IMG/VR virus record: IMGVR_UViG_3300045988_116708
Coordinates: 9,039-73,038 of that record
Source: a virus
Length of the DNA: 64,000 bases
Reading direction: 5' to 3' (one strand)
Positions 1 through 8,022 of this stretch are shown piece after piece. Under the pieces are notes generated by a model. The model did not search any database and was not told the DNA's origin. It was given only the letters and a program-made list of their open reading frames with translations. A program made the translations under genes and the position numbers. The first letter of the stretch is position 1, and every line of letters starts with the position of its first letter.

Positions 1-1
1 T

Positions 2-280
2 CTGCATAATAAGCTTCATTTAAATTTAAAAGACAATTATCAAATATTCCCGGTTGATAATAGAGGAATTGACTTTGTTGGCTATGTTTTCTTTCACACT
101 CATATTTTAATGCGGAAAAGTATCAAGAAAAACTTCTGTAGAAAAGTAGCAGTGTTGAACAAAAAGAAAACTACATCCTGCAACTGCAAGATAGCACTTT
201 GTTCATGGATGGGATGGGCAAAACATTGTAATTCAAAGCACTTAATTAAAACTGTAATCAAAAATGAAAAGGTTTTCTGA
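2..280 (+). CDS. Reverse transcriptase, C-terminal fragment (N-terminus lies left of the window); DGR- or retron-type
   Basis: Open frame from window edge to TGA 278-280; absent from ORF track because it has no Met: ...VDNRGIDFVGYVFFHTHILMRKSIKKNF...KIALCSWMGWAKHCNSKHLIKTV. The xDFxGY block matches RT motif 7. The S-W-x-G-x-x-K-H tail resembles DGR RT C-termini. Its stop overlaps the next ORF start (264). Confidence 0.6.
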   Translation: MHNKLHLNLKDNYQIFPVDNRGIDFVGYVFFHTHILMRKSIKKNFCRKVAVLNKKKTTSCNCKIALCSWMGWAKHCNSKHLIKTVIKNEKVF

Positions 281-581
281 TTTTGGAATTGATATTGACG
301 CGGGACGTAATATTTTCCCTGTACAGCAAATATCAATAACCGATATACTCAACTGTGAGATAGAGGTACTTGACTATGAATCTGGAGTTAAAACTCAACA
401 TGGAGATAATCGTTGCGTAGTCAAGATTAGGCATGAAGGAGCTGAATATAAATTCTTTACTAACTCTTCTCCGATAAAAGAGGCACTTAGTAAAATTTCC
501 AAAGAAGATTTTCCATTTATAGCTACAGTACGTATCAAGAAAATAGGTACTGGTAATAATAAAATGTATTATTTCACTTAA
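264..581 (+). CDS. Hypothetical protein, translationally coupled to the RT
   Basis: ORF track; start overlaps RT stop by 17 nt; no motif recognised. Confidence 0.6.
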   Translation: MKRFSDFGIDIDAGRNIFPVQQISITDILNCEIEVLDYESGVKTQHGDNRCVVKIRHEGAEYKFFTNSSPIKEALSKISKEDFPFIATVRIKKIGTGNNKMYYFT

Positions 582-587
582 AAGATA

Positions 588-1079
588 TTGTATATGAAAA
601 TTACAATCAATAAACCAACTGAATTTGAGGCTGTCTACCTGAAAGTAGATGCAGGTGTTCGCTATTGGGAGGATGCAATAGTAAACGGAATAAGAGACAT
701 TGATTTATACGAGAGTAATGGTATAGGCAGCCCTCTTATTCCTTGCGCTGTACAAATAAAAGAAGAACCTGACTATAATATATATTCAGACCATTATCGT
801 TGGAGACCTATTATAACGATTGAAACTGGTCGAATAGTCAACTGGATGCAGGGAACAACTGCTAATGTTCACTACAAAGTGTGTGATGATTTTATATGTG
901 ATATTGTTGATGAAGATGATAGTGCTATTGTTTCTTATGACGGCTATGTGCCTAAGATCATGTGTCCGGCAGATAAAGGATATGGTGACTATATCATTAT
1001 GAATATTGACGAAAACGGATTTATTCAAGGATGGAATAAGGAACTAATTAAAGAACTTGTAAAACAAGAGGAGGATTAA
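588..1079 (+). CDS. Hypothetical protein
   Basis: ORF track; 6 nt after previous stop; no motif recognised. Confidence 0.6.
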   Translation: MYMKITINKPTEFEAVYLKVDAGVRYWEDAIVNGIRDIDLYESNGIGSPLIPCAVQIKEEPDYNIYSDHYRWRPIITIETGRIVNWMQGTTANVHYKVCDDFICDIVDEDDSAIVSYDGYVPKIMCPADKGYGDYIIMNIDENGFIQGWNKELIKELVKQEED

Positions 1080-1081
1080 TT

Positions 1082-1699
1082 ATGGCAATGCATACATGGT
1101 TTGAGTGCAAGATCCGTTACGAAAAGGTGATGGATAACGGAATGCAGAAGAAAGTGACGGAACCTTATTTGGTAGATGCACTTAGTTTTACAGAAGCAGA
1201 AGCACGTATTATCGAGGAGATGACTCCATTTATAACAGGAGAATTTACCGTTTCCGACATCAAACGAGCTAACTATAGTGAACTTTTCCCCAGTGACGAG
1301 GAAAGTGCTGACCGCTGGTTTAAGTGCAAACTGATCTTTATCACCCTTGACGAGAAAAGCGGTGCCGAGAAAAAGACTTCTACCCAAGTGATGGTTCAGG
1401 CTGCCGACTTGCGCGACGCAGTGAAGAAACTGGACGAGGGCATGAAAGGAACAATGGCTGATTATCAGATCGGTATGGTATCTGAAACTTCTATTGTAGA
1501 CGTATTCCCTTATGAAACTAAAGAAGGAAGTAATACTACAGAAGATAAAGAGGTAGTTCGCTTTATTGATAAGTTCCCTGAAGGGCAATGTACCGAAACT
1601 ACAGTAGGTGGAAAACCGGTTATCGTTGATAAGACTGGAGGTAAAACAAAAGTAATCCCTAACAATAAATCAGATACTAATGAAGGAGATCAACAGTGA
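1082..1699 (+). CDS. DUF4494-family protein (Bacteroidetes/phage)
   Basis: N-terminus MHTWFECKIRYEKVMDNGMQKKVTEPYLVDALSFTEAEARIIEEM...RWFKCKLIFITLDEKSGAEKK matches my memory of the DUF4494 signature. Confidence 0.7.
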   Translation: MAMHTWFECKIRYEKVMDNGMQKKVTEPYLVDALSFTEAEARIIEEMTPFITGEFTVSDIKRANYSELFPSDEESADRWFKCKLIFITLDEKSGAEKKTSTQVMVQAADLRDAVKKLDEGMKGTMADYQIGMVSETSIVDVFPYETKEGSNTTEDKEVVRFIDKFPEGQCTETTVGGKPVIVDKTGGKTKVIPNNKSDTNEGDQQ

Positions 1700-1830
1700 A
1701 GAATATTTGCCAGATTGGGCGATAATTGAAGACTAGTTTAAAAGCGAGGAACGATGAGTGTTATTTGTTCCTCTCTATGTGATAAGCTATCTACTACGAA
1801 TTTACTATAAAGAATAAATAAGTTATAATT

Positions 1831-2631
1831 ATGGCAGAATTTTATAATATGGGAGAACTTATTCCTATCAGAGAAAATAACGGTCAAAGAGCCGTTAACG
1901 CACGTGATTTACATGCTTTCCTAGAAAGTAAGCAACAATTTGCTGACTGGATCAAGAATCGTATTGACAAGTATGATTTCATTGAAAATCAGGATTATGT
2001 AGTTTTTCATAATTCTATGAATAACCCATCTGGCGGTCGCCCCCAAAAAGAATACGCCTTATCCATAAACATGGCGAAAGAACTTTCCATGATTGAGAAT
2101 AACGTACGTGGGAAGCAAGCAAGAAAGTATTTCATCAATTGTGAAGAATTTGCCACTCAAAAAATTGTAGAAGAAAAGAAAAGTACTAAACGTGAACCAT
2201 CACTAACAACTAAAGTCCGTGTTGGTCTTGAATGGGTAAAAGGCGTAAGTGAAGTGCTTAATCTAAATGATTCTTCTAAATTATCTTTAATTAGTAAAGT
2301 AGCTGCACCTCTTGGACTTCCGACACCTGATTATACTCCGTCACATGGGATACTTAAATCCGCTACTGAATTGCTCAAAGAAGCGGGTTTGTCTATCAGC
2401 GCACAGGCGTTTAATCAAAGAGCGATTCGGAAAGGTATCTTATGTGATATTAAAAGGAAATCATCAAAAGGTAAAGATAAGCATTTCAAATCAATAACCG
2501 AATCCGGGCTTCTATATGGTGAGAACCAAGTCAACCCTAATAATCCTAAAGAAACGCAGCCGCTTTGGTATAAAGATAAATTCAATGAATTATTGATGTT
2601 ACTTGATTTTAAACTTGTTGAAGCGTTATGA
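1831..2631 (+). CDS. Phage antirepressor-like protein (AntA/AntB N-terminal domain)
   Basis: NGQRAVNARDLHAFLESKQQFADWIKNRIDKYDFIENQDYVVF is the AntA-type signature. Confidence 0.7.
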   Translation: MAEFYNMGELIPIRENNGQRAVNARDLHAFLESKQQFADWIKNRIDKYDFIENQDYVVFHNSMNNPSGGRPQKEYALSINMAKELSMIENNVRGKQARKYFINCEEFATQKIVEEKKSTKREPSLTTKVRVGLEWVKGVSEVLNLNDSSKLSLISKVAAPLGLPTPDYTPSHGILKSATELLKEAGLSISAQAFNQRAIRKGILCDIKRKSSKGKDKHFKSITESGLLYGENQVNPNNPKETQPLWYKDKFNELLMLLDFKLVEAL

Positions 2632-3035
2632 CATACGAAGAAATGAAATCTAAATATTGTGGAACCAATATTCGCAGGAAGCCAAAAAGTGAAGAACATA
2701 AGATACAGGCGTCTTGTATCCGTTGGTTCCGTCTCCAATACCCCCAACTAAGGAATATACTGTTTGCCGTTCCTAACGCAGCAAGAAGAAGTGCTAGAAA
2801 CGGGGCATACATGAAAGAAGAAGGGATGCTTTCGGGAGTTGCAGATCTGATACTTCTTAAAAGTAATCGTTTCTACGGTGCTTTGTGTATAGAAATGAAA
2901 AAGCCTGGTAAATACCAAAGGGTAGTACAAAAAGAATGGCAAAAGGAATGTGAAGCGGCTGGAAATAAATATGTCGTTGTCCGTTCCCTTGACGAATTTA
3001 TCAAAGTGGTAACCGATTATTTGAATAACATGTAG
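2628..3035 (+). CDS. VRR-NUC domain nuclease
   Basis: EHKIQASCIRWF...GVADLILLK...ALCIEMKKPG...QKEWQ = PD-(D/E)xK core in VRR-NUC arrangement; start overlaps upstream stop. Confidence 0.75.
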   Translation: MTYEEMKSKYCGTNIRRKPKSEEHKIQASCIRWFRLQYPQLRNILFAVPNAARRSARNGAYMKEEGMLSGVADLILLKSNRFYGALCIEMKKPGKYQRVVQKEWQKECEAAGNKYVVVRSLDEFIKVVTDYLNNM

Positions 3036-3037
3036 TT

Positions 3038-3451
3038 ATGGCTGTTTCGCAAATTATAAAAGATATTCGTTGCCTAAAGAAACTGATAAAAAATGCTACT
3101 GGATTGAAAGTCTATGAGCAAGAAGCTATTTATCATCATGATTCCTATTGGAGCATTTCTAATGAATATAAAGACAAAAACAGTCCTCATATCACAGTTA
3201 CTAGAGGTAGCTATTGGACCTTGGATGATGGGGCAGAATACAAAATATCTATTTATGCTTCCTCTTTATCGATTGGCATACGTAGAAATTTCAACGCTCC
3301 ATTATTTCAATCTTATATTGACAGAATAGTTCAGGCATTAGATAGCTGTTTTGGAGAAAAGCAGTGGAATTACTGTAATGAAGAATGCATTACTTGGCGT
3401 CCAATGTCTCGATTTAGTTTTTATGTGCAGATTCCAAATTTTAAAGATTGA
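3038..3451 (+). CDS. Hypothetical protein
   Basis: ORF track; tight packing. Confidence 0.55.
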   Translation: MAVSQIIKDIRCLKKLIKNATGLKVYEQEAIYHHDSYWSISNEYKDKNSPHITVTRGSYWTLDDGAEYKISIYASSLSIGIRRNFNAPLFQSYIDRIVQALDSCFGEKQWNYCNEECITWRPMSRFSFYVQIPNFKD

Positions 3452-3456
3452 GACTT

Positions 3457-3609
3457 ATGAAACCGAATGAATTAGAAGAATGGCATAAGCTATCAAAGAG
3501 CCTTCTTGCATTTACTAATGATTGCAGTGAGGACATAAAGCCTTATATTCTTGGACAGCTGGAAGCTTTATGCGAGATACTGTCTGGACAAATTGATTTT
3601 GAGAAATAA
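3457..3609 (+). CDS. Small hypothetical protein (50 aa)
   Basis: ATG 3457 to TAA 3607-3609, below the track cutoff; MKPNELEEWHKLSKSLLAF...; last + gene before the terminator. Confidence 0.35.
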   Translation: MKPNELEEWHKLSKSLLAFTNDCSEDIKPYILGQLEALCEILSGQIDFEK

Positions 3610-3707
3610 AACTTGTGTCGATTGGTTCAACTCCTATTATCGGCAAATCGTTCTTTGACATTTTGTTTTCAGCTTTTAATCTGCCTTATTACTGCATTGG
3701 AATAAAT

Positions 3708-3732
3708 AAAGCCAGATATAATGTCTGGCTTT
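3708..3732. terminator. Bidirectional intrinsic terminator between convergent genes
   Basis: AAAGCCAGA-tataatg-TCTGGCTTT flanked by A/T runs, between + ORF end 3609 and - ORF end 3731. Confidence 0.6.
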
Positions 3733-4150
3733 ATTTATCAATTAGTCCGAACCTTTTTAATTCGGCTTTATTGATTCGAGAGTTACTCTTTATCTTATCA
3801 CAAACAAGGCTAATATCTTCCTCATCCAATGTGCCTAAACTAGTACTTTTAAGAAGTTTGTTCTTCTTTACTATTTTAATTGAAGAGCAATCTATGTAGC
3901 TATCATATGAAAGGAAATCATAACTTTCCCCTTTTATAAGATGTTGCATTGCTCGTACATTAAGTGGCAGATTCATATTAATAAAGGAGTTAAAGATGAC
4001 ACCACCATAAACGTTTCCATCGTTATCAAAGCCAAGTACTACAAAAAATTTATCACGACTGGTATCTCCGGGTTTGGGTACTACTCCATTGGCTTTGTTC
4101 ATCGTAACAAAAAATACATCCCCTATCTTAATTTCCGAAGGTTTCATCAA
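3731..4150 (-). CDS. Putative toxin partner of the Panacea antitoxin (possible PemK/MazF-like fold)
   Basis: Overlaps the upstream DUF4065 gene by 23 nt. IKIGDVFFV...SRDKFFVVLG...GGVIFNS loosely follows the MazF/PemK pattern. The fold call is weak. Confidence 0.5.
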   Translation of the reverse strand: MMKPSEIKIGDVFFVTMNKANGVVPKPGDTSRDKFFVVLGFDNDGNVYGGVIFNSFINMNLPLNVRAMQHLIKGESYDFLSYDSYIDCSSIKIVKKNKLLKSTSLGTLDEEDISLVCDKIKSNSRINKAELKRFGLIDK

Positions 4151-4676
4151 ATGCTATTGAATCATTAATATATTTTACAAGTTCATCATTAGCTCCTCCA
4201 TCAAGGGCAATATCCCCCGGATCAATAACATGATTCCCCTTTTTGTCTCTCGCTTTTTGCCAACAAGTTGTATGAGAAGTTTTTTCCAACTCCTTAAAAC
4301 TCATTTTCCCGTATTTGGAAATACATAAATCTAAAGTGTCTTTATCATATTGTGAAAGATAATCCATATTCGGTTCACGTTTAGATAATAGATAGTAATC
4401 TACAACATGAACATCATCTGTCATTTTTGAAAGAACGCTTTTTTGCCCCCGTATTGTACTATACAAAATTGTTGGTACTGGTCCATGGGGAAGAGCACAA
4501 AACTTATCTGCTATCATCAGTTGTCCCCAGTCAACCAAGCTGCGTTGATTGGCAAAATATAATATCTTGAACAAATGATAATAGTCCATACCCCCAGTTT
4601 TATTAAGGATATAAAGTACTATTTCTATGATTTTTTGTTGTTCAAATTTTGTCATTTTTTTAGGGTTCTTGGTCAC
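4128..4676 (-). CDS. Panacea/SocA-like antitoxin (DUF4065)
   Basis: KIIEIVLYILNK...YHLFKILYFANQRSLVDWGQLMIADKFCALPHGPVPTILY is the DUF4065 (Panacea) signature. Confidence 0.75.
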   Translation of the reverse strand: MTKNPKKMTKFEQQKIIEIVLYILNKTGGMDYYHLFKILYFANQRSLVDWGQLMIADKFCALPHGPVPTILYSTIRGQKSVLSKMTDDVHVVDYYLLSKREPNMDYLSQYDKDTLDLCISKYGKMSFKELEKTSHTTCWQKARDKKGNHVIDPGDIALDGGANDELVKYINDSIAFDETFGN

Positions 4677-4696
4677 TAATTATATAACTGCATATT

Positions 4697-4704
4697 CAAA
4701 TATA
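4697..4704 (-). promoter_or_regulatory. -7 promoter box for the TA operon
   Basis: Plus-strand CAAATATA = TATATTTG on the minus strand, about 20 nt upstream of ATG 4676. Direct repeats TTAATTAACAYG x2 lie further upstream (about 4760-4790). Confidence 0.5.
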
Positions 4705-4850
4705 TGCATTTTAATGCAAAGAAACAAACAATAATTCAATAAGCAAACGATTAACGGCTTAATTAACACGTTAATTAACATGTTTATAGCTAAAATATCG
4801 GTTTATTAGGGAGCTATATAAATAAAGAGATGCATTTCATCCCTTATTTG

Positions 4851-5117
4851 TTAGCCTTTCTCGATTGTTGTTTTGACTACTATCGGTTGTCCGCAGTGGG
4901 GGCAGATGTCAGACTTGGTTTGTTGGGCGACTTCTTCCGGGGACGCGAATAGCTGCCACATGGGGACGTTGAGGGCGGTGGCGATTTTTTCAAGTGTAGC
5001 AGTTGTCAATGATTCAGCAGCAACCATTTGTCTAACAGCAGATAGGCTTACATTCATTTTATCTGCCAATTCTTGTTGTGTGTAATGTTTCTCTTTTAAA
5101 AGTTCCTTTATTCTCAT
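4851..5117 (-). CDS. XRE-family HTH repressor (cI-like) with C-terminal CxxC
   Basis: MRIKELLKEKHYTQQELADKMNVSLSAVRQM...TLEKIATALNVPMWQLF; divergent from the early + genes. Confidence 0.85.
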   Translation of the reverse strand: MRIKELLKEKHYTQQELADKMNVSLSAVRQMVAAESLTTATLEKIATALNVPMWQLFASPEEVAQQTKSDICPHCGQPIVVKTTIEKG

Positions 5118-5135
5118 AATTATCTTTTTGATTTC

Positions 5136-5248
5136 AAAAATACAGATTATTTATGAAGAATACAGTATATACTATATTAATTTATGCAAAAGAAATAGTA
5201 TATTATAGTTGTTTTGTTTGGCGATATACAGTAAATACTGTATCTTTA
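5136..5248. promoter_or_regulatory. Divergent promoter/operator region of immunity module A
   Basis: Minus-strand -7 box at 5136-5143 (CAAAAATA). Plus-strand -7-like box TATCTTTA at 5241-5248. Perfect palindrome ATACAGTAAATACTGTAT at 5226-5243, near-palindrome ATACAGTATATACTATAT at 5160-5177, and a half-site ATACAGAT at 5141. Confidence 0.6.
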
Positions 5249-5288
5249 CATCAAATAAAAGAACTAATAACAATTAACTCCTAAATAT

Positions 5289-5600
5289 ATGAAACGCTAC
5301 AATTTATCAGAGATAATGAAAAACGCTCACAGATCGTATAAGTATTCAGGCAAGCAGCAAGGTAAGACTTTCGGTGAGGTGCTTAAAGCAACTTGGAAGC
5401 TTGCAAAACTTCAAGCTATCTTCACGCAGGAAGCAGTAAAAGCACGAACTGATAAATTCTTGACAGAAAGTAACGAAGCTATAAGAAGAGCGGCTAAGTC
5501 TACTCCTAGCAAAGCATACAATGATTTATCAATTCCTTCGTCGGCATATTACAATCCGAATAGCACCGGTAGATATGGGGCCCATTATGTAGGAGATTAA
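5289..5600 (+). CDS. Hypothetical early protein, paralog of 23344-23736
   Basis: MKRYNLSEIMKNAH... vs MKRYDLSKIMRRAH...; both end in Y-x-G-D and both are the first gene divergent from an XRE repressor. Confidence 0.6.
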   Translation: MKRYNLSEIMKNAHRSYKYSGKQQGKTFGEVLKATWKLAKLQAIFTQEAVKARTDKFLTESNEAIRRAAKSTPSKAYNDLSIPSSAYYNPNSTGRYGAHYVGD

Positions 5601-5623
5601 CTAACACTTTAAAATATAAAACA

Positions 5624-5776
5624 ATGAAATACGAAGTTTCTAAGAAAGGTTCAAGCGTAACATTTAAGTTCGAAACATACGAACAGGCGGCTGATTTCTG
5701 CTATATGTATGTCATGTCAATGCACGTGAAAGGTGATAGATTCCCTGAACTTTCAATTAGAGAGATAAGCGAGTAA
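5624..5776 (+). CDS. Small hypothetical protein (50 aa)
   Basis: ATG 5624 to TAA 5774-5776; fills an otherwise empty gap. Confidence 0.35.
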   Translation: MKYEVSKKGSSVTFKFETYEQAADFCYMYVMSMHVKGDRFPELSIREISE

Positions 5777-5799
5777 TCAGAACATTAAAATTTAGAGCA

Positions 5800-6204
5800 A
5801 TGGACAATATTTTGAACTCAACAGTTGAAATGAGCCAAGCAGAACTTATTCTTCAGTTGGCCAAGACGAATGTGGAACAAGAGAAAAGGCTTAAAACTAC
5901 AGAGCTAAGATTAAGCGCACTCGAAGAGGAAATAAAAAAGTTGTCTTCAAAGTGCATTGGTAACTATGGGTGCTCCACCATGTCATCATATATCCAGAGG
6001 TACAAATTACCGATTTATGTGAGTGACATTTCGAAGCTTAGTAATGATGCTGCACGATTATGCAGAAAAAGGGGGTATCCGGTCAATAAGGTAAATATTG
6101 AACGTTTCGGTGCAATCAATGTTTATCCGGACTTCATTCTTCATGAACTACTGGATGACTATATAAGGACCACACAGCGTCTTAATGGAAGTATAATAAG
6201 ATAA
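5800..6204 (+). CDS. Hypothetical protein (N-terminal coiled coil)
   Basis: ORF track; start context agagcaATG. Confidence 0.55.
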   Translation: MDNILNSTVEMSQAELILQLAKTNVEQEKRLKTTELRLSALEEEIKKLSSKCIGNYGCSTMSSYIQRYKLPIYVSDISKLSNDAARLCRKRGYPVNKVNIERFGAINVYPDFILHELLDDYIRTTQRLNGSIIR

Positions 6205-6223
6205 TAATACAAACTATAAAGCA

Positions 6224-6424
6224 ATGATTAAGGTAGAAATAAGCCAATACTTAGCAATGTTAAAGTCATTCACTGAATGCGCTCAATACAGAGCGGAGTG
6301 TTACCGGTTAAAAGCTGAAAACGAAAAGCTAAGATCTGAACTGTCGGATAGTTTAAAAGATTCTCGGTCTCCCCGTAACAAAATCGAATACTTCGATTAC
6401 GGTAGCCGGATAGGAACTAACTAA
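6224..6424 (+). CDS. Hypothetical coiled-coil protein
   Basis: ORF track; a truncated paralog of its N-terminus is at 42605-42676. Confidence 0.5.
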   Translation: MIKVEISQYLAMLKSFTECAQYRAECYRLKAENEKLRSELSDSLKDSRSPRNKIEYFDYGSRIGTN

Positions 6425-6434
6425 GATGAAAGTT

Positions 6435-6514
6435 GTGTTGGGGCTTCGGTCTGACACTTTAAGTTGATGCCAATCGACACAGTGACAATCTGAAAAATGG
6501 TTGTCACTGTTTTA
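6435..6514 (+). ncRNA. Candidate small RNA / structured 3' UTR, copy A
   Basis: GGC-UUCG-GUC hairpin, conserved 15-mer AAGTTGATGCCAATC (6461-6475), then terminator ACAGTGACAA...TTGTCACTGT+TTT (6479-6513). Confidence 0.35.
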
Positions 6515-6557
6515 CCGGTTTTAAGTGGTTCTAAGAGAATCATGTGATTTAAAATAA

Positions 6558-6645
6558 GGCACTTATATACGACCCTGCACTAAGTGTTTGGGTTATAACT
6601 AAAAGTTATTGCGACGGGCTGAGTGTTGAGTCGTATATAACTGCC
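6558..6645. repeat. 88-bp imperfect palindrome
   Basis: GGCACTTATATACGAC (6558-6573) pairs with GTCGTATATAACTGCC (6630-6645) with one mismatch. The interior holds ATAACT-aaa-AGTTAT and two AGTGTT direct repeats. Confidence 0.5.
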
Positions 6646-6740
6646 TAAAATAATAACTATCATCTTTGATTATTCAAAGTAATATAGAGTTGAAAATAGT
6701 ACATAAAACAATTTTATTAACAACATAAATAATTAGTATT

Positions 6741-6953
6741 ATGGAACAAGAATCAAGCGCAATCAATCCGTATAACGGAATATTTGGGCAACAAGGTTGG
6801 ATTTGTCCGAAGTGTGGAAGGGTATATTCACCATATACTCAAATGTGTTTGTATTGCAAACCTGATGATATAACTACTATTTCTAATCTTAGCGACCTTT
6901 CTAACAAGAATGTCAGCGAAGAAGAACTAAGAGAAAATCGTAAAACCAAATAA
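6741..6953 (+). CDS. Small zinc-ribbon protein
   Basis: CPKCG...CLYCK four-Cys ribbon. Confidence 0.6.
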   Translation: MEQESSAINPYNGIFGQQGWICPKCGRVYSPYTQMCLYCKPDDITTISNLSDLSNKNVSEEELRENRKTK

Positions 6954-6956
6954 GAT

Positions 6957-7301
6957 ATGAAACAGACATTAGAAGAAGCAGCAAAAGAAAATATCTTATT
7001 TAACCATAGAACGGTTGATCGTACTTTGTCAGGTGGCAACTTGGCGCAATTTGGGATAACGAATTTTATTCAAGGCGCCGAATGGCAAGCAAAGCAATTA
7101 TCTTGCGTAAGTGCATATGAAAAATTGCTGGAATCTAACAAAGATGATTTTTTAAGCCATCATATAGATAAGGTCAAAATGGAAATTATTCGCATTGTAG
7201 CTAATGATGCGCAAGCAGTGACTTTTCAAACACTTGGACAGTATAGAAGTTGGCTAATGAAAACTATTAACGAGTTAAGTTACCCAATACCTGAATTATG
7301 A
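6957..7301 (+). CDS. Hypothetical protein
   Basis: ORF track; N-terminus MKQTLEEAAKE... resembles that of 14878. Confidence 0.55.
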   Translation: MKQTLEEAAKENILFNHRTVDRTLSGGNLAQFGITNFIQGAEWQAKQLSCVSAYEKLLESNKDDFLSHHIDKVKMEIIRIVANDAQAVTFQTLGQYRSWLMKTINELSYPIPEL

Positions 7302-7732
7302 GTAGAACACCTAAAATAAATAGAGTTTGGAATAAACAGGAGAAACGGATAGTCCGGCTTCTCTATCGCAAAGGATTTGAGATAGATTTATCAACCTTGT
7401 ATTGGGCCTCCTATAAAGAGACAGGAAAGAAGTACAGACATAAAGGCTCTCCGTATAACTATCCGGGTTATCGTGATGAAGTCTATTTTTGTACTTGGGA
7501 CTATTGGGGAGAATGTGATGAACATCCTTTAGTTGACCGTTTTATAGAAAAAACGACATGGGAAAATATTCCTGATGACGTACTAAAGAACTGTGGTGAT
7601 ATGTGTGAAGTATATTCACGATCAAATTTCCAATATAAAGGTAGAAAGTGGCTGATTAAATATTTGTCAGCCCTTCCCACCGTTAGATGCGATTCGAAGA
7701 TAAATAAAATTCTGAGAATCAAACATTATTAA
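7298..7732 (+). CDS. Hypothetical protein
   Basis: ORF track; ATGA overlap with the upstream gene. Confidence 0.6.
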   Translation: MSRTPKINRVWNKQEKRIVRLLYRKGFEIDLSTLYWASYKETGKKYRHKGSPYNYPGYRDEVYFCTWDYWGECDEHPLVDRFIEKTTWENIPDDVLKNCGDMCEVYSRSNFQYKGRKWLIKYLSALPTVRCDSKINKILRIKHY

Positions 7733-7752
7733 AAACTATACAGAAATGAATT

Positions 7753-8004
7753 ATGGAAGAGATAGATTTGAATGATACTGTTACTGTGGAACTGACAGAA
7801 TGGGGAGCAGTATATCTTAATGCGATAAATATGTTTAAGAGACTAACCACTCTAAAAAACTGTTCTTATAATCACCATTATAAAACGGACTATAAAGAAG
7901 GTGATATTTATAGAAACCAACTTTATCAGTTAATAGCAGAGTTTAAAGACGGGATTAGGTTTGATAAACCGAAACCTTTTAATAAGTTGAAGAAAGCATG
8001 TTAA
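7753..8004 (+). CDS. Hypothetical protein
   Basis: ORF track. Confidence 0.55.
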   Translation: MEEIDLNDTVTVELTEWGAVYLNAINMFKRLTTLKNCSYNHHYKTDYKEGDIYRNQLYQLIAEFKDGIRFDKPKPFNKLKKAC

Positions 8005-8022
8005 ACCAAATAATAAAAAGTT

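Noticed and set aside
3615-3899. 94-aa + strand ORF overlapping the terminator and the 3' end of the toxin gene
   Set aside because: It has a GTG start, crosses the bidirectional terminator and is antisense to a better-supported minus-strand gene.
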